Source of the DNA: Octopus bimaculoides
Taxonomy: Eukaryota
Direction: 5' to 3'
NCBI RefSeq assembly: GCF_001194135.2
Contig: NC_069004.1
Coordinates: 24,149,429 to 24,187,226, forward strand
Length of the DNA: 37,798 nucleotides
The first letter of the stretch is position 1, and each line of letters begins with the position of its first letter. Below the pieces are notes generated by a model, which worked only from the letters and a program-made list of their open reading frames with translations, had not been told where the DNA came from and searched no databases. Both the position numbers and the translations under genes were made by a program. Below, piece after piece: positions 12,247 through 24,568 of this stretch.

Positions 12247-12497
12247 GGTTTCTGTGTTTGTTTATGTGTATGTATGTATATATGTGTGTGCTTGTGTCTT
12301 TGTGTCTGTGTTCATCCTTAACCACCCTTTGACAACCGGTGTTGGTGTGTTTATGTCCCCGTAATTTAGCGGTTCGGCATAAAAGACCGGTACCAGGCTA
12401 AAAGAAGTAAATACTGGGATCGAGTCATTCAACTAGAGACACTTCAAGGCGGTGCTACAGCATGGCCGCAGTCTAATGACTGAAACAAGAGAAAAAT
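12065..12497 (+). mobile_element. SINE family A, full-length diverged copy
   Basis: gacgcaggcgtggctgtggggtaagaagtttgcttcccaaccacatagttccgggttcagtc...catggccgcagtctaatgactgaaacaag. Confidence 0.92.
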
Positions 12498-13284
12498 AAA
12501 CGATATAACATAATGCCTTAAAACAGACCTCAGTGGAAAATATGATGTTAGGTAGACCATATAAAGGATGGAATCATTGGGATGGTCAGGGATGTATTGT
12601 CTCTCTCTAATCATGATTCTGTTTTTGCTAGATCAGAGTTGGCTTCCAATTAAGTAATCATAACAACAAGAACAAATATCCCTACACACCATTCTATCAT
12701 CATCAACATTAGTGAAATTTGAGTCTTTATTTCCCATGAATCAACGGCAGAGCCTTACGCGACCGCTTGATCTGTTAGAAATAGCAGCCATATCTGCCTC
12801 AAACTATATCCCTTAGAAAAGGACACTTAGGTTATTGTTGCTCTGGGATCTGCATACGAGAATAAGACGTTGTGGCACAGCCGTTCTGGCGTCGCCTATT
12901 TGGCGACGTTGACTTATTTGAGATCAAACGTAATAATAGTTCTCCTGTTATCTCCCTCTCTCTTCTCTCTATGTTTCTATTAGTGATCATATTTCTTTTT
13001 GCGTATGAGAAGAAAGGATTTATATCGATCGTGTTCAATTGATAAATTCTAATGCTTCTCTTCCCATCTCTGTCTGAATGTGTCTATTTCTACCGACGTA
13101 TGTATGTGTGAATGTGTATGTGTGTCTGCCTCCAATGCCAAAAAGTACAATCACCTAAATCGGTTCCATGTTCAGTCAGCCATGCCAAACAGTTGCGCAC
13201 AATTGTCTCGTTCGGTCTCTACACATAGGAAAACGCAAAAGCATCATAAGCCTGCTCCAACCAAACTGATCATGGGTCAAAGAG

Positions 13285-13308
13285 CAACAAAGCAGCAACA
13301 ACAACAAT

Positions 13309-13369
<61 letters not shown>

Positions 13370-13390
13370 ACAGCAGCAACAACAGTAACA
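13285..13390. repeat. (CAG)n/(CAA)n repeat
   Basis: Direct reading; about 14 consecutive CAG. Confidence 0.95.
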
Positions 13391-13517
13391 TCCACAGCTT
13401 CGTTCCTTATTATACCTTTGTACACAAAAATATTCGACACCTCCTTAAAAAACCATCAGAAAACACTAATTGGTAAACTATCTCTCAGGTAATTAAGACC
13501 ACAGGGCAATAACATAT

Positions 13518-14348
13518 GGATTTCAAATTTTGGCACAAAGCACGATATGGAAGAAACTCGAAGTAGAAACCCTCACTGCCTTGCAAGTACCCTAGGAAAC
13601 CCTCACTGCCTTGCAAGTACCCTAGGAAACCCTCACTGCTTTGCAAGTACCCTAGGAAACCCTCACTGCCTTGCAAGTACCCTAAGAAACACTCACTGCT
13701 TTGCAAATACCTTAGGAAACCCTCACTGCCTTGCAAGTACCCTAGGAAACCCTCACTGCCTTGCAAGTACCCTAGGAAACACTCACTGCCTTGCAAGTAC
13801 CCTAGGAAACCCTTACTGCCTTGCAAGTACCCTAGGAAACCCTCACTGCCTTGCAAGTACCCTAGGAAACCCTCACTGCCTTGCAAGTATACCCTAGGAA
13901 ACCCTCACTGCCTTGCAAGTACCCTAGGTAACCCTCTCTGCCTTGCAAGTACCGTAGGAAACCCTCACTGCCTTGCAAGTACCCTAGGAAACCCTCACTG
14001 CGTTGCAAGTACCCTAGGTAACCCTCTCTGCCTTGCAAGTACCGTAGGAAACCCTCACTGCCTTGCAAGTACCCCAGGAAAAGAAAAGGCTTAGAGAGTC
14101 AACCTCGACAGCAAGTCAAAGAGTTAAGTCCCCGAGGTGGCCCGCTGCCCCTCTTTGCTTTGACATCCTTGCGGCCACTCCAGGGTAGGTGGAGCTCTTC
14201 AACCCTGTAAGGCAATTCCTCTTGGAGAAGGACACTCCGATGTACAATGGAGTGGGGTGTGCCGATTATGTCGACCCCAGTGTTCAATTGATACTTATTT
14301 TATCAACTCAGAGAGGATGAAGGGCAAAGTCGATCTCAGATACAATAT
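13518..14348 (-). mobile_element. SINE family B copy split by a ~700-bp insertion (tail 13518-13540, centre 14248-14348)
   Basis: 13518-13540 is the reverse complement of the tail motif gtgccaaaatttgaaacc at about 6359-6376. 14248-14348 is the reverse complement of the central cttcatcct...gataaaataagt...ctggggtcga...aatcg segment. Confidence 0.72.
13561..14077. repeat. 30-bp minisatellite, 17 copies, consensus CCTAGGAAACCCTCACTGCCTTGCAAGTAC
   Basis: Units align in register on the 60-nt lines; there is a 2-bp insertion at about 13889-13890. Confidence 0.97.
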
Positions 14349-14623
14349 TTATCTATTATTTCTCTTTATGTAGTACTGCAAAGATCCCTTCTCTCACCTA
14401 TTCTTTTTTATCTACGATCCATCCACACAACTTCATATACCTAGCTTCATGACTAATCACCCACAACCTCCCACTATTCTCGCGATACACCTGCACAGTT
14501 TAAATAACTTTTCGACCAGGCTTCAGAACAATACACAATTTAACTGTCTTTCCTTTTAACAGCAAAACCAGGAAACATTAACCATAACGAATTATTGCAA
14601 CACTACAAGTTTAGAACACACAC

Positions 14624-14661
<38 letters not shown>

Positions 14662-15350
14662 TCACTTACTCGCATACACTCACTTACTCACTCACTCACT
14701 CACTCACTCACTCATTCTCTCTCTATCTCTCTCTCTGCTCTCTCTCTCTCTCTCCGTCTCTCTCTCTCACACACACACCATACCACACTCACTCACGTTT
14801 TATGATTTCGTTTAGGCACAGCAACAGTAGAAACCAGATGTTAGGACACAATACACATTAGCTTTTGAGTAAAGCGCAAGGCAAACAGAGCGTAATGTGC
14901 GTGCATATATATGAACGTGTGTGTGTGTGTGTGTATGTGCTGAGTCTGTGTATGTTTGTGCGCGTATGCGCGCGAGGTGTGTGAGTATGTGTGCACACTC
15001 ACCCTGCCAGTTTGTATACATGTTACTAAGTTGTAGGCTACAATTTTGGCACCTCGGTAACTGCAGTTTTACATAGAGTAACTTCTAGTGAAGGAGACTG
15101 CTGTAGGATATGTGCCTTTTTTTTTTTCTCTGACACTTTCTAAAAAAGGAATTGCTTCGATGCAACAGTTCTGAGTAAATCGATATTCCTAGACCAACTG
15201 AGGATTGTTAGCGTCTTTTCTAAGCAATTAATCCAAAATATAGTGAATTCATATAATTCTTTCCATTTTAGGAGTTGATACACCTGAGGAAGGCTGGGTA
15301 TTGCTGCTACTATAATATGATAGCATATTAATGCTACTACTGTGTGTTGG

Positions 15351-15436
<86 letters not shown>

Positions 15437-15510
15437 CCTGTCTATCTGTCTGCCTGTCTTTTTGTCTGTATATTTATCTGTCTGTCTGTCTATTTATCTA
15501 TCTATCAATA
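15351..15510. repeat. (TATC)n/(TGTC)n tetranucleotide repeat
   Basis: Direct reading. Confidence 0.95.
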
Positions 15511-15514
15511 CATA

Positions 15515-15683
15515 CGTAGTCATGATTCCGGGTTCAGTCCTACTGTGTGGTACCTTGCGCAACTCTTGCACTATAGCCTCCGGCCGACCAACGCCTCATC
15601 AGTAGACCTGGTAGACGGAAACTGAAAGAAGCCCGTCGTATATATACATATATGTATGTGTGTGTGTGTGTGTGTGTGTCTTT
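15515..15683 (+). mobile_element. SINE family A, 5' half running into gap
   Basis: gattccgggttcagtcctactgtgtggtaccttgcgcaac...ctatagcctccggccgaccaa...gacggaaactgaaagaagcccgtcg. Confidence 0.88.
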
Positions 15684-16289
15684 NNNNNNNNNNNNNNNNN
15701 NNNNNNNNNNNNNNNNNNNNNNNNNNNNNNNNNNNNNNNNNNNNNNNNNNNNNNNNNNNNNNNNNNNNNNNNNNNNNNNNNNNNNNNNNNNNNNNNNNNN
15801 NNNNNNNNNNNNNNNNNNNNNNNNNNNNNNNNNNNNNNNNNNNNNNNNNNNNNNNNNNNNNNNNNNNNNNNNNNNNNNNNNNNNNNNNNNNNNNNNNNNN
15901 NNNNNNNNNNNNNNNNNNNNNNNNNNNNNNNNNNNNNNNNNNNNNNNNNNNNNNNNNNNNNNNNNNNNNNNNNNNNNNNNNNNNNNNNNNNNNNNNNNNN
16001 NNNNNNNNNNNNNNNNNNNNNNNNNNNNNNNNNNNNNNNNNNNNNNNNNNNNNNNNNNNNNNNNNNNNNNNNNNNNNNNNNNNNNNNNNNNNNNNNNNNN
16101 NNNNNNNNNNNNNNNNNNNNNNNNNNNNNNNNNNNNNNNNNNNNNNNNNNNNNNNNNNNNNNNNNNNNNNNNNNNNNNNNNNNNNNNNNNNNNNNNNNNN
16201 NNNNNNNNNNNNNNNNNNNNNNNNNNNNNNNNNNNNNNNNNNNNNNNNNNNNNNNNNNNNNTGTTATATTTCTGCTGCTTTTAAATAAA

Positions 16290-16338
<49 letters not shown>

Positions 16339-16704
16339 TACAAGAGTTTAAGAATGGAGTAGAAGAAAATCTGGGCTACACATGTTTCATAGCGAGTGGA
16401 ACCTCAGAAGTCGCAAATATCCGAGCGAGGTGTATAACTCAGGCTACTCTTCGGGCCAAGGATATCTTGATTAAATGAAGTTTATCTTATCGTGAAGAGG
16501 CCCATGCTAACATCCAGACGATTCGATCAGAATCCTTCGCGTGTTAACATGGACCTCGTATTTTTATTTGCATACCTGGCAAACCTGACTGCTAATCGTG
16601 AAATAAGGGTAAGAAGGAAAAGGAAAGCTTATATAAGCTTTAAGCTTATATAAGTTTATATAAAAATACCGTATATTTTATACATAGATATTTATATATA
16701 CGTC

Positions 16705-16807
16705 TATCATTCTCATTGACAAAGCAATGTACCACACAATGGGATTGAACCTGAACCTATATGACCGCAAAGTGATCATCTTAACCACACAACCATGCCT
16801 AAGCCTA
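16705..16807 (-). mobile_element. SINE family A, degraded head
   Basis: The reverse strand reads ggcatggttgtgtggttaag...ggttcaggttcaatcccattgtgtggtac. Confidence 0.6.
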
Positions 16808-17308
16808 CATATTACAACAGATTTACATATTTTTGACGGGAAAATCGACGTTTGTCTAATATTATTTTTCGAAATTCCTTCAACTGAAATGTAACGAAGC
16901 TGAAAACTTTCTCAAAAAATTTATTTCAAAAAACAGTTTTATTGAAAACTTAAAATCCTTCAGGGCTTGTTCTTGGAATATTTATGAAATTTTATCAGGT
17001 GTATGAAATATTATTACTGATAATATTTTTTCAAACGAGAATATTTTAGATCTTTACATAAATAAATAAAATACAAAAATAACAAACATATAAAAATATT
17101 AAAATATAAGGAAATTTTAGAGAATTATTACTATTATTATTATTTTTTTTTTGAGTTGGACATGTTTTGGTGAGCGATTTGATCTGACTCCATGCGGCGA
17201 AGCAGATGTATGGCAATAGAGTCATGGAAAAGATGAAAAAAAAAAAAAAAAATACTCGCACATTGTTGATATCCAGTGTTACATTATTCATATTTTGTTA
17301 AGATGATA

Positions 17309-17348
<40 letters not shown>

Positions 17349-17371
17349 GGATGATGATAATAATAATGATC

Positions 17372-17409
<38 letters not shown>

Positions 17410-17774
17410 TTCTTTTATTTGCCACTGGGGCATTGAATGAAACGCATATTATATGAACAATTTACAATTTACAGTTTGTATGGGGGAGTTAGCACAAAAG
17501 ATGGGAGGAAAGAAATTGAAAGGCGGGTGAAATGGGAGAAAAAGATATATAGTGCCTGAAATGTGTGAACACACGAATGATGCAGTCCTCCTGATACAGG
17601 AAAATGCACAGGAAAAGCTAATCAAAGAAACCTACATATTAGGGGGTCACCCTGATCACCAAAGGTACGAATCCTCGCCTAACTCGTGATCTCCAGACGA
17701 CAGGCGCATGCTTAGTGTGGGCTCACTCACCCTAGTCATTTTTTCCAGAATCGCTTACCGTCTTTCAAATTCAC

Positions 17775-17875
<101 letters not shown>

Positions 17876-18255
17876 TATGGTTCGAGGTTCAGTCCCAGTA
17901 CGTGACACACTGCGCAAGTGTCTTCTATTAGCTTCGGGCCTACCAAAGCCTGATAGACAGAAACTGAAAGAGGTCTGTCGATTTATATATATATATATGT
18001 GTGTGTGTGTGTACGTATGTGTGTGTGTATGTATGTATGTATGTATGTATGTCTGTGTGTCTATATGTGTATGTCCTCCACCACCGCTTGACAATCGATG
18101 CTTACATCCCAGTAACTTAGCAGCTCAATAAAAGGGATCAGTAGAATATGTATCAAGCTTCAATTAAAAAAAAAGTACTGGAGTCACTTCGTTCGACTAA
18201 AGATTCACGGCGGTGTCCCAGCATGGCCACACTCTCATGACTGGAAATCTTAAAA
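17876..18255 (+). mobile_element. SINE family A, 5'-truncated copy
   Basis: ggttcgaggttcagtccc...gcaagtgtcttcta...gaaactgaaagagg...cgcttgacaa...gcggtgtcccagcatggcc. Confidence 0.85.
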
Positions 18256-18304
18256 GGTAAATGGTAAAAAAAAACCATTTAAGTTATTTTGAGAGACATC
18301 TATT

Positions 18305-18420
18305 TGTCAGCGGAGGGCAAAATCTGTCGAACAAAAACACTTTATGCGGCTTTATGCCATCGTTTCAAATCTCGACCATCTCGACTTTACCTTCCAGGGT
18401 TAAAAAATATCACCAGTCCA
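18305..18420 (+). mobile_element. SINE family B, heavily degraded head
   Basis: gtttcaaatctcgaccatctcgactttaccttccagggttaaaaaatatcaccagt resembles the family B centre. Confidence 0.4.
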
Positions 18421-19710
18421 CGAGTATATGATTAACTATTGCCAAGAATATATCCAGAGCCCAGTGAATGAAGTGACTAAGATGATAAAAGTTTATTTCT
18501 ATATAAAGTTCGAAGACGAACTTTCGAAGGAATATACAAGTTTGGTATTTAATTTGTCTGGGAATCAATAGAGACCGTTTAATACAGTTTATTGGACAAA
18601 AGCTCCTTTGATTAATTTTCAAGTCCTTTGTTGAGGAATTTTATAGCTTGTTTCCTTCTAACAATATTTCAGCCGTTTCTGGAATACACTCAAGAAATAA
18701 ATACATATTTCATATATTTCGAAAAATTTTCGAGAAATATGTCAAACGTTTTCCCAAGATAATATCTAAATATTCTTCAGATTATATACTGAACATTTTT
18801 GGCAGCAATTCTTCTCCAAAAACAAAAGACAAAAACAAAAAACAAAAATAAAACTCCTCTCCACCAACAACAAAAAAAGAAACAAAATAAAAAAAAAGCA
18901 CAAAATTGTCCTCGTATATAATTCCATTATCAGATCGGAAATAGGTGAGAATTTACTAAACCTGATCTTCTTTAAACTACCGGACTCATGTATAACTATT
19001 TCACTTACACACAAACACACACANNNNNNNNNNNNNNNNNNNNNNNNNNNNNNNNNNNNNNNNNNNNNNNNNNNNNNNNNNNNNNNNNNNNNNNNNNNNN
19101 NNNNNNNNNNNNNNNNNNNNNNNNNNNNNNNNNNNNNNNNNNNNNNNNNNNNNNNNNNNNNNNNNNNNNNNNNNNNNNNNNNNNNNNNNNNNNNNNNNNN
19201 NNNNNNNNNNNNNNNNNNNNNNNNNNNNNNNNNNNNNNNNNNNNNNNNNNNNNNNNNNNNNNNNNNNNNNNNNNNNNNNNNNNNNNNNNNNNNNNNNNNN
19301 NNNNNNNNNNNNNNNNNNNNNNNNNNNNNNNNNNNNNNNNNNNNNNNNNNNNNNNNNNNNNNNNNNNNNNNNNNNNNNNNNNNNNNNNNNNNNNNNNNNN
19401 NNNNNNNNNNNNNNNNNNNNNNNNNNNNNNNNNNNNNNNNNNNNNNNNNNNNNNNNNNNNNNNNNNNNNNNNNNNNNNNNNNNNNNNNNNNNNNNNNNNN
19501 NNNNNNNNNNNNNNNNNNNNNNNNNNNNNNNNNNNNNNNNNNNNNNNNNNNNNNNNNNNNNNNNNNNNNNNNNNNNNNNNNNAGTATGTGAGTATGTGTA
19601 TGTATCTGTATGTGTGAGAGCCTATTCTAGCATGTGTGTGACTATGTGGGTCTATGTGTATGTGGATACTTCTGTGCGTGAGGAACTGTGTGAGTATCTA
19701 ATGCGTGCAA

Positions 19711-19822
<112 letters not shown>

Positions 19823-21128
19823 AAGTATCTTTTAAAAAATATATATAGTAGCGATATAAACAGGAATGCATTTTGCACCAAAAGCCATCAAGAGAGTATC
19901 TCTCATTGTATCTACCACAGTATAGCTTGTTCTAAAGGAACATTCATGTTTGAGTGGGGATAAATATTACCTCATGGTATTGATACTGCCTTTGTTTTTA
20001 ATATATATGTACATATTTAACAAGCTCATTGACTAATCGTAACACTGGCGGCTGTTCTGGCACTATTTCTTATATATCGCTGGCACGGAGAAGAGTCGCT
20101 GCTGTCTCTAGCGGACGAGCGTCCATCATTGTCGAGACCAAGGAAGGTTGGAATCACGTGACCTGGTGGTCTCGACGCTGGAGGTATCGGGGATTTATGT
20201 TCTCACTAGGGACATAAATAAGACTGTATTTTGCGTCAGAAGCCAATATGAGAGTTTCTCTCATGGTATCTTCTGCAGTATAGTTTCTTCTAACAAAACA
20301 TCCACGTTTAAGTGGGGATAAGTATTCGTGTAGTCGCACGTGTGAGGAAATGTACGTGTGTGTCTGTGTGTAAGTGTGTTTGTGTATACATGTATGCGTT
20401 TGTGTGTATGGTGTGTACCTGTGTCTAGGTGTGCGTGTGGGAGAGTGAAACAATCTCTAAGGATGTGGCAATCTGTATACAAGTGTGAGAGTTGACTGAG
20501 TGTGTGAATGGATGCGTCTGTATGTAAGAGATACTCCGTGTGTGCGGAAGTGTGTGCGTATGTGTGAACGCGTATGTGTGTTTGTGCCTGTGTGTATACG
20601 TGTGCATGTGAGGGAGAGTGAGAGATTTTGTGGCTAAAAGTAAGTAACAGACGATATAAAGATGTGAGTGTGCGGCCGGGTTTGCGAACATGGAACGGAT
20701 GCATCTTTACGCAAGAAAAACTTTGTGGATGTCTGTATTTGTCTGAGTTTGTATGAATATGTATGTGTGTGTGTATGTGAGTGTGTGTGTGTGTGTGTGT
20801 GCGTGTGTCTGTGTAGCTGTATGTGCGTGTAAGTGTGTGTGCGCGCGTGTGTTTATGTGTGTGTGCGATTGTGTGTTATGCATAAATACGCGGGTGTATA
20901 ATGTATATTTATCTTCCCTGGTCAAAACACTGTTTACCAACAATGCTGGTGTCAAACCATTCTCATCGATTCTTCAATCTATTTCTCTATGTCGCCCTTG
21001 AGAATAAGTGTCCAAAGTTTCGGTCAGCTGTTAATATTTATCTGTCTCTCTGTCCATTTTTCCATTAATTCATCCGTTTACCTACAAACCTTCCTGCCTG
21101 TCTACCTACAAACTGACCAACATATACA

Positions 21129-21129
21129 C

Positions 21130-21224
<95 letters not shown>
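21129..21224. repeat. (TCTA)n microsatellite
   Basis: Direct reading. Confidence 0.97.
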
Positions 21225-21271
21225 CCGATCTACTTTTCTTATTTACCAAAATTTCTCTCTATGAATATTTA

Positions 21272-21935
21272 TAGGCGCAGGAGTGGCTGTGTGGTAAGAA
21301 GCTTGCTTNNNNNNNNNNNNNNNNNNNNNNNNNNNNNNNNNNNNNNNNNNNNNNNNNNNNNNNNNNNNNNNNNNNNNNNNNNNNNNNNNNNNNNNNNNNN
21401 NNNNNNNNNNNNNNNNNNNNNNNNNNNNNNNNNNNNNNNNNNNNNNNNNNNNNNNNNNNNNNNNNNNNNNNNNNNNNNNNNNNNNNNNNNNNNNNNNNNN
21501 NNNNNNNNNNNNNNNNNNNNNNNNNNNNNNNNNNNNNNNNNNNNNNNNNNNNNNNNNNNNNNNNNNNNNNNNNNNNNNNNNNNNNNNNNNNNNNNNNNNN
21601 NNNNNNNNNNNNNNNNNNNNNNNNNNNNNNNNTGTGTGTGTGTGTGTGTGTGTATGTGCGCGTACATTCGCGCGCGTATGTGTGTGTGCATGCGCGCATA
21701 TGTGTGTGTGTGTGTGTGTGCATTTCTGTATCTGTGTTATTCTCCCCCATCATCGCTTGACGGCCGATGTTGGTGTGTTTGCATCCCCGTGACCTAGCGG
21801 ATTGGCAAAAGTGAACTCCAAGAATACATAACAGACGTAAAATGAAAAAAATAAGTACTGGTATCAAATTGTTTGACAAAACCATTAAAAGCATTGCTCC
21901 AGCATGGCTTCGGTGTATTGACTGAAACCAATAAA
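21272..21935 (+). mobile_element. SINE family A spanning a gap
   Basis: Head ggcgcaggagtggctgtgtggtaagaagcttgctt before the gap; tail catcgcttgacggccgatgttgg...gctccagcatggc...gactgaaac after it. Confidence 0.88.
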
Positions 21936-22507
21936 AGCAGAAAGAAAAAACGGGGGTGGTGAAGCATGGAAATATGACAAAGGACAGGCGGCTCGACTCG
22001 TATTTCATTTCAGAAACTTTAGGCTAAAGATTAATAAATATACATCGTCTCTATTTCCGGACGAGACCTTCCTTCAATAGCGTTGCAGTTTGCTCTAATG
22101 CAGTATTACGCAATATCGGTTTCATGAAAAAAGAAATGGCTACACACATAAACGATGCTACCAATTTCCATAAGCGTAAAAGAAAAAGTAGATAAAAGAA
22201 TATTAATTAAGACTTTAATCTAAATATCGATTTTTATATCACTAGACATTTCTTAGCTAAGTGTCTGTCTTTTCATTTATCGGTAAACTGCAAAATATCA
22301 TGAACTGTTTAACAAAGAGAACCATTGTAAAAACTAGATTTTGTACTATTAACTTTGTGGCCTACATAATAAAATTCTTAATGCCGGGTATTAACTCTAA
22401 ACAAACATGTGTAAGTGAGTCTGTATCTGTGTGGATGTACCTGTGTGTGTGAGAAAGACTGTAAGTACCACTATGTGTATAATTATTCCTATATGCGTTT
22501 GCAAATA

Positions 22508-22576
<69 letters not shown>

Positions 22577-22689
22577 AACAAAGAAAGAACCTGCAAGAAT
22601 GTGATATAAGTGTTTGCATGTGACGGAACCGGTGAATATGGTGGTGCACATGTATGTAAGAGAAACTGTGCGTATGTGTGTGTGTGTGC

Positions 22690-22830
22690 GCGTCGTACTT
22701 TTAACTTAGCGGTTCGGCAAACAGAGGACATGAGAATAAGTATTGGGATTTATTCGCTCAGCTAAACTCTTCAAGGCAGTACTCTAACATGACTGTAGTC
22801 CAAAAACTGAAACAAGAAAAGACAAAGGAT
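22690..22830 (+). mobile_element. SINE family A, 3' fragment
   Basis: aacttagcggttcggcaaa...gaataagta...cttcaaggcagtactctaacatgactgtagtc...ctgaaacaag. Confidence 0.75.
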
Positions 22831-23454
22831 AAAAGATATGTATATATGTATGTATGTTTGTTTGTATGCATGCATGAATGTATGCATGTATATATCTATT
22901 TATGCATGTATGTATGCATGCTTGCGTGCATGTATATATGCATGCATAAATGCATGTATGCATGTATGCATGTATGTATGTACGCATGTATGTATGTATG
23001 CATGCATGTATGTGTAATATTTCAAATAGTTGTTCGTTTTATGGTATATCTCTTTTGAAGTCCCTGGTTTATTGTGTTAGGGTTACTTTTGATAATAAGG
23101 CTTTAAAATGCTTCTTCCTACTAATTTATGGTCCAGGGTGATAGCTAAAATAAGTAATAGAATATCAAATCATTCTTCTTCTTAAGAAATTTTTGATAAG
23201 GCACCGCCCCCCCCCTCCTATAGCAATGCCCTAGCGAACAATGGCTTCAAAGATAAGATATATTACAACCCTTCTTGTAAAAACATGAATCATAAAAATA
23301 GACCTAAAAATAGACCCTAGGAAAATAATTTGGTTCGCCACGCCCTTTCTTCCTAACGTAGGCGAGAAATTCCTGTTTCTGTAAGATAAACATTTCCCAG
23401 AAAATCACAAATACAAGGTATTCAACAGGCATTCAATTATAATACATTATAAGC

Positions 23455-24341
23455 TAAGCTACTGAACGCGGCTCACACCATTACACCTCCCACTTGCGCC
23501 GTTTTCTTGATACACTTAGGATGGAATTCTTCAGTTGAACGGCGTCAAACATAAGTTTTTCCGCCTGATCCAAAGATGCAAAAGCAGGATTCATCACTCC
23601 AAAGAACTTTTGACCAGTCTTCGGCCGTCCATTCAATATGGCTTTTAGAAAACTTGATCTGCTTCCGCCGGTTCATCTCAGAAATTTTCGGCTTCTTTCG
23701 AGCGACCCATCCGAACAGTCCAAATTCTTTTAAGTGGTATTTGACAGTTTGTGGTGTAAAGCTGATGTCAGTTTCATCAGATAATTGCTTGCAAATGTCC
23801 TCTGCTGTTGGCATTCAGTTACCTTCAGAGAGCCTATGAATTCGCCAATCCATCTGTGCTGTTGTTTTTCTCGGAGCGCCCGTTCTTTGACAATCTTTGC
23901 ATTGGCCAGTGGCTTGGTAAAGCTTCCATGCTTGAACACAAGCCGTTTTGCTGCATCCTAATTGCTTGCCAATGTTCATGAAGGACACATTTTGCTGATG
24001 AAGCAAAACGACCTTTGATCTAGTAACTGCGTTGATACTACGGCGCTTTTCCATAACGAATTTATGTGTCACAATGTTTGATTATTAAACAAAATAGTAT
24101 AAACCACCCACTTGGTGTATTAATTTGCATAATCTTAGTACGGTCATGAACTTATTTTGCCGACAATTTCTAATCATTTGAATTAATTGCGCATTAAAAT
24201 TATTCGAATTGTAGAAAGATATATAACTCGCATATTATTCGAAAGAGAAAACAATACTACATAAACTGTAAAAAGTAAAATAATTTTATACAATTTAAAA
24301 AAAAAAATATATAATAATGAAGGAACTTATTTTAGCCAGGG
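23455..24341 (-). mobile_element. Tc1-family DNA transposon, 3'-truncated, with frameshifted transposase pseudogene
   Basis: Paired-type HTH with GAPRKTT (GRPR-like) motif; VARKKPKIS; WSKVLWSDESCF (first catalytic D); then V*RRSTEEFHPKCIKKTAQVGGVMV*. A terminal repeat ending at 24341 abuts TA. No 3' TIR or second/third catalytic residue is seen. Confidence 0.92.
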
Positions 24342-24568
24342 TATATATATATATATATATATATATAAAAACAGAAATAGGTTTCAAAGAGAATAATAAA
24401 CTACACGTGGTAGTTATATGAAGAAAGTAAGAAGAAAAAAGCGAAAATGCACGTTGGATATAAAAAATAAAGGCTTTTTTTATGAAAAGTAACGATAAAT
24501 ATATACAATTAGATGAACTGAGGTGGAATTAAGAGGAATAAAAGTCATTATTTTGAATTGTTAAAGAG

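Noticed and set aside
12890-12908. GC hairpin cgtcgcc-tattt-ggcgacg as a Helitron 3' hairpin
   Set aside because: There is no CTRR terminus at the expected distance downstream.
13485-14068. ORFs (LQGSEGFLGY)n and (ASTLGNPHCL)n as a repeat protein
   Set aside because: A 30-bp unit lacking stops is automatically open in several frames. The 2-bp insertion at about 13889 breaks frame, and there is no non-repetitive coding flank or evident splice context.
13561-14077. CRISPR-like array
   Set aside because: The units are contiguous with no unique spacers, there are no cas genes, and the context is eukaryotic.
14130-14230. HDV-like ribozyme fold in the GC-rich segment
   Set aside because: ggtggcc/ggccact could be P1 and tccttgc resembles L3, but I could not place P1.1, P2 and P3 consistently. 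It needs a descriptor search.
15283-15300. Half hammerhead (acacCTGAGGAaggctg)
   Set aside because: No stem II partner or GAAA box follows.
16624-16660. 18-bp perfect palindrome aaagcttatataagcttt
   Set aside because: It is explained by a short self-complementary tandem unit (aagcttatat) in low-complexity DNA.
18410-18700. Possible very old PLE RT fragment (FVFELYIEI ~ FDVESLYTNI)
   Set aside because: Too few identities, and the catalytic Asp is absent; indistinguishable from chance by eye.
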